NCBI RefSeq assembly: GCF_009914755.1
Contig: NC_060930.1
Length of the DNA stretch: 64,000 nucleotides
Reading direction: 5' to 3' (one strand)
Origin: the human T2T-CHM13v2.0 reference genome, Homo sapiens
Shown here: in pieces, positions 54,465 through 64,000 of the stretch
How positions within the stretch are numbered: position 1 is the first letter of the stretch
Layout of the letters: the number at the start of each line of letters is the position of its first letter
Position numbers and translations under genes: made by a program
The notes under the pieces: generated by a model
Databases searched by the model: none
What the model was told of the DNA's origin: nothing
Seen by the model: the letters and a program-made list of their open reading frames with translations, nothing else

Positions 54465-56269
54465 TGCACATGGCATTTGTATCATCAGCATTTTTCTCAA
54501 TTTTTGTCAGGAGAGGAAATTCCAGTGGCTCTCTGTGGACTTAGCCACAATCAAAGAGTGATAGTGGGTATAAGACGACTGGCAAATATAATTTATTTGT
54601 ATTTGATCCATACTGGTAAGATTAAGAACCTAGAGCAGAGTCATATAATTTCCTTAAAAGATATTCTGAAGTGATAGTCTAAAAATGTTATATTTTCTGT
54701 CAAAAGAGATGAAATGTATCGGCTGAGAAAGAAGTATGTTCTAGAGATATCATTTTTTCCTCTATAACCCTCCTACTCAATCTAAATACGGGAAGGGTGG
54801 TATCTCTCAAATATATCCATAGTAGACTTTGCAGAGGTAATTTTTCAAAATTTGATCTAAATATATAGCTTGATATACTTATTAGGAGTATTCCAACCAA
54901 ATAATCACTATAAAGTGAATATATATAGGTGAATATGTAATGCATCTTTTATTTGGATTACGGTCTTATGATGAATATTGTAGTGGTTCTATTAATTTAT
55001 TCAATAACTACTTACTAGCCAAATATGGAAGGACAGTGAAATTACTCAAACACACTTTCTATCTTTCTATTTTAAATTTTAATCTTGTGCCAGAGAAAAA
55101 CTCATAAGGAGACAGCTCAGAAAAAGTGCATGCATGTGTGTGTGTGAAAATGTCTGTCCATGTGGCTAGGGGAGCACATAGAAAGCAGTATATTTCAAAG
55201 TTAATATATAAGTATATACATTTACCAAGGTTTTGTATAATAAAATTCCAGTTAATCAGATTACCTTCAGGATCCCATAAATATCTGCTTTTTAACCACT
55301 AAGTGTTTTGTTTTAATATTTCTCTTATCAGTGTACTATTTTGGAAGTCTAAATTCAAAATTTTAATTTCAGTGTGTAAAACAGAATGAGGAGTAAGTTT
55401 TTATGTTATAACTACAAAGAGTGTAACACAACCATTGCTGCATCCTGAAAATATTTTTAAGTGGTTTGTAAGTATCATGATATATTATGGAAATTATTTA
55501 ACCCAAAGATAAAAAAGTAGGAAAGGCTTTATAGAGGACAACAGTCATGCGTTTTGAAGAATGAGCAATTTTATAGACCAAAAATAAAGAAAATTATTAA
55601 AATATAACTCAGTAAGCAAAGTCTTGGAGTTATGAGTGTCACTAGATGTGGAAAGTTGATAAGAGGATTAGGAAGAATAGGTCATGGTGACACTGGAAGA
55701 GTCAGTATTCTATAAGCATGAGGAATCATCAGCATGTTTAAAAATTAGGGTGATTTTACAAATTTTCTTTTCTAAATGTTATTCTGGTGAAGGTGTGAAA
55801 TTACAATACACAGTAATTTACTGGAGTAAGAAGTGAATAACAGGCTATGACAACAGACTATTACAACTAATCCCTGACAGCTAATCAGGGAGGACAAATG
55901 TCATGTATTCAGAAGTGCTAGCCATGTGGCACTGGAGGGAATGAGGAGTCCAGACAATTCACCTCCCCATTAAGAACATGTGGATCTCCGTGGTCCAAAT
56001 ATCATGACAAGGAAATATGATATATCCAGATTTCATCTGGATTTTAAAATCAGAGACCAAGGTTGGCATGAAGGAAAGAAATATTTGTTGGAAAATTCCA
56101 GGTCATGAAATTGCAACTCAGCAGTAATTTTAGGAAATAGGTGAGGACTGTTAGTTAATAGTCAAGATAATTTAAAAATAGCAAAAAGGAAGCTTAAGGC
56201 TGAAATACAGCCATGGCAGAAATTATGGGACGAAAATAGAATGAGGCTATAGTAAGGGAGCCTCCCATT

Positions 56270-56775
56270 TAGACTTCCTTTTTTCCCCCTTCAGGATAAA
56301 TTCCCCATATACTCAGCATGATCCTTCATGACTTTGGCCCACCTAAACTTCCATCTTTAGCTTCTTTCTGTACCACCTTTGCTTTCCTTTCCAACCATAC
56401 TAAACTTTCTCTGTTATATATAATATGCCTTTGCTCTTTAATGCCTTAGGACTTTTACATATTTACTTGCTCCATTTACTGGAAACATCTCAAAATTACC
56501 CCCCACCCCCAACCTTCCCTGCTCCCCTATTACATACACATATTCTACATATCTTTCCTCATTTCTTACATCCTAATTTAAATGCCATTTTCTCAATACA
56601 GTTTTCCATGAACACTTTACCTCAAGGAAAGGTTAGAACCTGGATTTATGTGATTTGGGCACTGATCATACTAATATATACATGTTTAATGGTTACAGAC
56701 TTCTTGAAACCTATAGTCTCTTCTATTCAGCATTGGAGTGCCACTTAGTGCCTAGCACAGACACTGATATGTGGT
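56270..56775 (+). mobile_element. L2 3' relic
   Basis: tccttcatgactttggcccacct...tagtgcctagcacagacactgatatgtgg. Confidence 0.55.
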
Positions 56776-57387
56776 GATGGATTTGGTTCTTATTGACATT
56801 TTCTAAACTTGGGTAGGGACTTGCCTGAAAGGCAGACATTATTCTAAGCATTTTTCATGAATATGGGGCAGGCAGAGGGAACAGTGGGAGCTTGATCAAT
56901 GCAGTGTCAGCAAGAATGGAAAGAGCATTTTTCAAGAACTATTTAGGAACTGGAATAAATGTACTTACAGAAGAGGATGAGAGAGCATTCCTGTCCTTTA
57001 GGTGGAATGTGATGCCTGCAATGCTCATAGGCAATATAGGAGAAGTCAGTTTATAAGAGGTGAGAAGAGAGAAAAGAATTATTCTGGTAGTGTTCAGTTT
57101 AAAGAATCTACAGAATTTTCATAAGAGATATCCAATAACCATAGTTGCATCTTGTGTTGAAAAAGAAAATGAAGGTTAGAGCTACAGATTTTGGATTCAT
57201 TGCATTTGATTTAATTAGTGGTAGTAGATATAATTACATAAGAAAATATCTGGAAAAAGTCAATCAACCATGTACTCCTGGGAACCTTAGATGTGTTTAT
57301 GATTCTATTATGACACACCAGACCTACACAGTTAATTATGTTTGGAAATAAAATGGGTAGGAAATAAGCAGTAATTTGTTTTGGAAA

Positions 57388-57630
57388 TTATTTATTTATA
57401 TTTTTATTTGACAAATAATAATTGTACATATTCATAGGGTACATTGTAATGTTTCAATACATATAATGTAGTGATCAGATCAAAGTAATTATCATATTCA
57501 TCCTCTCAAACGTTTATTATTTCTTTGTGTTGGGAATGTACTTCTAGCATTTGAAACTACATAATACGTTATTGTTAACTATAGTCATCCTACAGTGGTG
57601 TAGAACACTAAAGCTTTTTTCTCCTGCCTG
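57388..57630 (-). mobile_element. L1MA 3'-terminal fragment
   Basis: aataataattgtacatattcatagggtaca...gtgatcagatcaaagtaatt...ttgttaactatagtcatcctacagtgg. Confidence 0.85.
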
Positions 57631-58209
57631 TAATGATTTTTATCATTATCGCTGCATTTGCCAAAAGATTTAACCTTGTAGAAGCATTTTAAATTTAAAT
57701 ATTTGTTTATATAAACACAGTTAATGTAGTAATTTATTATTTTGGCTTGCTGTTTTTTCTTCCTTCTCCAAGAAGAAGCAGATAGATTATGACTTGTGAA
57801 CCACCTTGTACCTTATAGTTAAAGTTGTGTGGCCTTGACCATTGTAACTAAGTTATCCTGGCCTTCTTATACAATCCATAAACTTTTTATTACTATGTCA
57901 AATTTTCTAATGCTTCTAGGTCATCTGAGCAAATTATACTAGTACTAGCTTACCTCCTTCCTCAGAGCATAGACAAGAAACAAAGTAGAAACTAAAAGGT
58001 TGAATTATCCCAGGATGATTATTTGCCTTAGGAAAACTTCCTTGAGATTTTTCAATCCTATCCATATTTGAAGATTTTACTCATTTTCATCTTTCTACAG
58101 ATGATTTGATTTCTTACTACCAGGTGACCTCTGCACACATATACACTATGCAGATTTGAAACAGTAAACACTTATAGTATTATTGATATAATTATGATAA
58201 TTATTATTT

Positions 58210-58430
58210 TAACATTATTAGCACACTAGACACTGCATATAAATTGTACTTGGATTATTTCATTTGACCTTCATATTAAACATATCAAACATGCAGTAAG
58301 TGCTCTTTCTGTTTTATAGATGAGGACACTGAGGTTTGGAGAGCTTGCGATTTTGTTCAAATTCCATAGCTAAGAATATGGTGAAGCTAGGATTCAAACC
58401 CGGGCAATCAAATTTTAAAGCATGAAGAAT
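58210..58430 (-). mobile_element. MIR
   Basis: tgttttatagatgaggacactgaggtttggagag...gctaggattcaaacccgggcaatc. Confidence 0.8.
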
Positions 58431-58794
58431 TAATATCTATGAATCTTTTCTCACCTTTTTGACTTATCTACTCCTACAGAAATCTCTTACCCCAGAGAAA
58501 CTTCTAGCTTCTTAGTCACTACTTTCTACTACTGTTAGAAACACAATGAAAGTACTGGGTCCTCAATCAATGCCTAAGTCATCAACACATATGCACAGGG
58601 GCAGTGCACGTTCACTGGTGGTGTTATTTTGTTCATTGAAATACTGAGTATGTACATGAGCTAGGATCAGAAAAATGCTAAACTTTTTCTTCTGCCTTTC
58701 ACAGTAAGCTTGTTCACTTCCAGGTGTGTTTGCAGTATGTAGGTATAAAAAAGATATGCCAGGAGACAGGACAGTAATATTCATGCTTTGATTA

Positions 58795-59317
58795 TGATGA
58801 AGGTGAACCCCAAAATTGGGGCTTACCCCAGAGGGGTTCTTGACTTTGCTCAGAAAAAAAATTTAAGAACGAGCAGACAGTGAAAGAAAACAAGTTTATT
58901 AGAACAACAGTGTACAGCAAAATAGCTGCTCCATAGACAGAGCAGGGCTTTCCCACAGGCAGAGTGGCACAGAGTAACACTTGTGGATTGCTGGCTAGCT
59001 ATATTTATACCTATTCTTAATTATTTGCTAAGTAAGTGGTGGGTTATTCATGAACTTCCTGGAAAAGAGGTGAGGCATTCCTGGAACCATAAAAGTAACT
59101 TCCAGATTGTTGCCATGGCAACATTTGTAAACTGTCATGGCGCTGATGGTAGTATCTTAGAGCGTGCAAATGAAAACAAACAGTGAGAGTAATTAGAGGA
59201 CACTTTTGTTGCCATTTTGGTTCTAGCTTGTTTTGGCCAGTTTCTTCGCTGCATCCTATTTTGATCAGCCAGGTTGTAACTGGTCTGAAAAGCAAGTCCT
59301 GTTAATCTCCTATCTCA
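58795..59317 (-). mobile_element. MER41-family (ERV1) solo LTR
   Basis: Minus strand tgagataggag...cagcgccatgacagtttacaaatg...tttccaggaagttcatgaataa...gctctgtctatggagcagc...cccaattttggggttcaccttcatca. 4-bp TSD atta at 58791-58794 and 59318-59321. Confidence 0.85.
59056..59122. promoter_or_regulatory. Two GAS (STAT) motifs plus a perfect RFX X-box inside the MER41 LTR (motifs only; activity unproven)
   Basis: TTCCTGGAA at 59056-59064 and 59078-59086; GTTGCCATGGCAAC at 59109-59122. Confidence 0.6.
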
Positions 59318-59542
59318 ATTAGACACCAAAGTCTGTTTATATCCTTGCTAAGGAAGCAACTGTATTCTTTGCAGATAGAAATAGGCTGCACAAGACAGTT
59401 GAATCATTGTTAGTAACTTTGGGCCTGGATATTGATCTGGTTTTTGGGTTTGGTGTAAATGTTACATTTATATTTTATTCCATTCTTCTTCCCTCTCACA
59501 GTATGTCCATCTCCCTCATTTATTCATTTATTTATTCCATAA

Positions 59543-59841
<299 letters not shown>

Positions 59842-59851
59842 TATTCCATAA

Positions 59852-60310
59852 ATTTTTACTGACAAATTATTTCAGAAGAGACACTGGATATTGAGAATAC
59901 CATAATAAATAAGAAGTTGAGTTTTCACCTTTATGAATCTTATAGCCTAATGTGTCACACAAATATAAAATACTTAAATAGACAACTACAGTTCTGAGCT
60001 ATAGTGATGTTATAGAATAATTAGGTGGATCACTTGGAGTGGGGAGAAAGATACATAATATTTTCTCATAGGTGATGGTTTCTGAGATATGACTTGAAAG
60101 ACAAGTTAGCCAGTTGAGGAAAGATGAAGGATGCTCTAGGAAAAGAGAATTGTATGTGTAAAAGATTGGAGGGAAGTGAAAAGTTGTAGCTATAAAACAA
60201 ATTGGCTATAACTGAACTATCACATGTAAGGTGAGGAGTAGATTTTTAAGACTGGTTAAAAGGCCTGCATTACATCCTGAGGACAATGGAAAACTTGTGA
60301 AAGATTTCAG
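59852..60310 (-). mobile_element. L2 3' relic (its tail lies at ~59510-59540)
   Basis: catttattcatttattt tail; ctttatgaatcttatagcctaatg...tgagatatgacttgaaaga...atcctgaggacaatggaaa. Confidence 0.65.
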
Positions 60311-62810
60311 GAAAGATTTTAGAGCTTCTTTTATATCCTATTAATTCTAAAATTGGCCAAGACCTCATAAAAATCAAACACTCGGTGGTTTCACCTTCAT
60401 CCTTGGAAACTCGAAAGTACTGATAAAGTTAATTAGAAGAATAAGCTCTTTTCTCTTCCATTCTATAAAGGGGGCATCTACTTATTTATACACTTCCAAG
60501 TTAAAACTGAAAAGTGGAAACATAACATAATGTGAATTTCTCTTAGAGTTGTACTAGTATCTGTGTTACTTAATATGTAGAGTATAATTTAAGAATAAAA
60601 CACTTGCTAAAATGTGTCAAATCTGGCCTTCTGATTCTCTTAAATCAGATACTTATCCCTGTACCCTGGATCATTGCAATAGCCTTCCAGCAGCTTCTCC
60701 CTATGTCCACATCTACTAAGCATTCTCCATCCCATGTCGTGGCCCCTGACTGATTTATTTGCCTCTATGCTGGTTTTCTTCATTACCCTGTGGACAATAG
60801 GAAGCCAATTAAATCCATTTTCTCCACCTTTTGCATTAGATAAGAGGCTTATATATTCACTATTTAATATAAATTATTTTCAGACTTAAGAACAGCTAAC
60901 ATTGAGCTGCTGGAGTTAATTTAATCCCTGAAATTACCAGGAAGGATGACCCAGTTGTATTTGTTCTTCAAGTTCCAGCTCTGAGAGCTGAAGTCCACCT
61001 TTCTTCGAAAGTCTTTAATGCTTGCCAAGATTTCCCTCCTACTTCTTTTCTGCTTCTCATGTACCAAATATCTAAGAAGAAAACATCCAGAATAAGATTC
61101 TTTATGACTCAAGGTGTTGTCAGATAGAAAATACCCCCCTGGCAGGGGACACCAAAACACCTAGGTGGAAATGAAAGTCAAGCCTCTTTCTTTGTTCTCA
61201 GAGCCTATAAATTGAGGCTCTGGTCATATATATTTCCGAACCTTGAGAAAGTCTCCGATTCATCACTGCCCCAGTTCTCAAATGGAGAATTTTGCAAGAT
61301 GCTCTTAATTGCTATGGTAGTTGCCAGCATTTCAATTTCTCACTTTTATAAAATTGCATGTAACTTTAGGATTATAAAAATTTAAAGCTTATTTTTAAAT
61401 TTAGAAAATAGAAGCTATCCAGCTATTTTTTTTTCTTTTTAACTTGGCTAGCAGAAAGTTAATATTACATTGTGAGGCTCCATTGCACTTTTACATCTTT
61501 AAATGAAAGTTGAAATGTAATTAAATGGAAACTGAGAGACATAAAAAGTGAAGATAATTTGAGTTTATATGCTTACTTTCCATAATTAGTTAAAAATAAG
61601 AAATCATTTAATTGGCATTTATGTTAAAGAGGGGCTTAGTTAATTTCTGGCTCCCCCTGTCTCTAAATGTGGCAAATATTTCACGTTTATTTTGGTCTTC
61701 TCATCTGCTAAAAACAGTAGCTTTTGATTTATAAGGTTTCTGTTTTCTCAACTTGTGGCTTGTCAGCCTGGTCATTTGATAATTTAATAAATTGGCAAAT
61801 TGGCAAGCCCAATGTATCTTACCCTATTTCATTTATTTATCTTATGACCATACTGGTGGCCTATTTAATGAGTTTTTTTCTGGGTGATATAAGGACAATT
61901 TTATTATTTTTTCTCTTTTATTTTTTCTTTAGAATAATTGACATTGAATGCTGACCAACACAGTACAGCCAAAGACAGCAAAAGGATCCTTGTGACTTTC
62001 TGAGAGAGAAGCAACTAAATTCTAATACCTTCTAATTTGAGACTCAGATTTATTGAAACCTGTTAAAGTTTCTACTAGCAACAGACAAAACAAGATACCC
62101 AGAAAATAAAATTTCAGTTGAGATAGACAGAAATGGGATCATTTGACTTAAGTAGAAGATCACTACCACTTATCTAACTTTTCTCACAATTGGCATTGAT
62201 AATATTCTTTAGTAGCTGTCATTGGGTTATGTAGATAATCTATTAATCAGATATCAGTAATAAACATTTCACAGTAAAGTGGCCAGTTTCTCAGTTAAGT
62301 GATGGCTTTTTTCAGCCTCATGGTAATGTGCTTCGGTTCCGACTTCAGAACTAGAATAGAGCCAGCTTGGCTGACTACTTGAATAAGACTGATAGTGTTG
62401 ATAAACTTAGTGAAAATGACTTATTTTATAATACAGATTAAGAAAACAACATTTTATATTCTCATGTGCCCCAATGACTCTTATTGAGAGATATTGAGTT
62501 TATGGACATTTTCTAAAACTATCTATGCCAACGGCACCCAATTTGTTTGCTAAGATCCAGCAGGAAGCTGATTGGAAGTGATTGGTGAGTGTAAATGCAC
62601 AAAAACATTATCTGTAGAGTAAATGAATAAAAACTTGTGATATCTATCTACCTACTTACGTACCTGGCATATCTATATGCACACACGTGTGTATTTGTGT
62701 TCACATGTAGATTATTTTCTGGTCATTCTGTAGTTCCTTAAACTTTTTAGATCCTACAACTGCAATGACTCTCCTACAGAAGAACCATGACATTCTGTGT
62801 AAAAGCGATC

Positions 62811-63502
62811 TTTTTTTTTTTTTCTTGTCTTCAACTTGTATTTTAAGTTCCAGAGTACATGTGCAGGAGGTACAGTTTTATTACACAGGTAAACATGTGC
62901 CATGGTGGTTTGCTGCACAAATCAACCCATCACCCAGGTATTAAGCCCAGTATCCATTAGCTATTTTTTCTGATATGGTCCCTCCCTCCACCCTCCAAGA
63001 GGCCTCAGTGTGTGTTGTTCCCCCACATGTGTCCATGTGTTCTCATCATTCAGTTCCCACTTATAAGGGAGAACGTGCAGTGTTGGGTTTTCTGTTTCTG
63101 TATTAGTTTGCTGAGGATAAACCTTCCATCTCCATTCATGTCACTGCAAAGAACATGATCTCATTCTTTTTTATAACTGCGTAGTATTCCATGGTGTGTA
63201 TGTACCACATTTTCTTTATCCAGTCTATCATTGATGGTCATTTGGGTTGATTCCATGTATTTGCTATTGTAAATAGTGCTGCAATGAACATACGTGTGCA
63301 TGTAACTTTATATAGAATGACATATTCCTTTGCATGTATACCCAGTAATGAGATTGCTGGGTCAATTGGTATTTCTTTTTCTAGATCTTTGAGGAATCAG
63401 CACACTGTCTTCCACAATGGCTGAACTCACTTACACGCCCACCAACAGTGTAAAAGTGTTCCTTTTTCTCTGCAATCTCACCAGCATCTGTTGTTTCTTG
63501 AC
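62811..63502 (-). mobile_element. 5'-truncated L1PA (about L1PA8-11) 3' end
   Basis: Poly-T then L1PA 3' UTR and end of ORF2 in antisense. TSD tgtaaaag(cga/tgg)tc at 62798-62810 and 63503-63515. Confidence 0.95.
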
Positions 63503-64000
63503 TGTAAAAGTGGTCTTTATTAAAAAAGATTTAGGAATTAATGCTGTAGGCTACAGAGTAAGTTTTTGCTTCTGTGGATTATAAACTCAGTTAAAAAATT
63601 GGTTTGAAAGCTAATTATACAAGCTTGAGGAGTTACATCCTTTCTATTTTCTTATAAAATTCTCAGTTGCTATAATTAATCTGGAAAGTTTTGTGTGTAA
63701 GAGAAAGTGATTAAAGAGAGAAGGAATGAAACTTTGAGCAATCTATTACTTGACTGTCAGATCAATCTAATTAGAAGTTTATCTCAGCAGCTTATTAACC
63801 TGTGCTAGTTGTCAAATGTGGACATTTAGGCAATCAAACCATCCCTGGTTGCCTATTTCCCGTTTCTTATGTCTATTCTTTAGTTTCAGATGTGGCCTCC
63901 GTTTTCAACTCAGTATTTACTTTACCCTTTTCCTCAAGCTCCCTGTGATGATTTTGAAGTAAGGGAGTGTTCAGACTTGTGTTCAGTGTTAAGACAGAGC

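Overview
AT-rich, CpG-poor primate (human-like) genomic DNA, intergenic or deep intronic, dominated by retroelements. I find no credible cellular protein-coding exon, RNA gene or CRISPR array; almost every ORF in the track is a decayed transposon fragment or a microsatellite artefact. The first 17 kb is a stacked retroelement cluster. It holds an old minus-strand L1 (with an L1PA 3' fragment and an AluY nested inside), a deleted betaretrovirus-like HERV-K(HML-5)/LTR22 provirus with a tRNA-Met primer site, and a full-length plus-strand L1PB with a ~1.14 kb TA expansion inside the end of ORF2. The rest holds Alus, MIR/L2/L3 relics, Tigger2a, MER63, MaLR LTRs, an internally deleted LTR12 and a MER41-family LTR carrying two GAS motifs and a perfect X-box. 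It also has a 586-bp strictly alternating purine/pyrimidine tract and two repeat-poor islands that may be enhancers. I do not see a new biological system. The best leads are regulatory (MER41, LTR12) and structural (palindromes, Z-DNA or cruciform tracts). Repeat subfamily names come from my recall of consensus sequences, not from a search.
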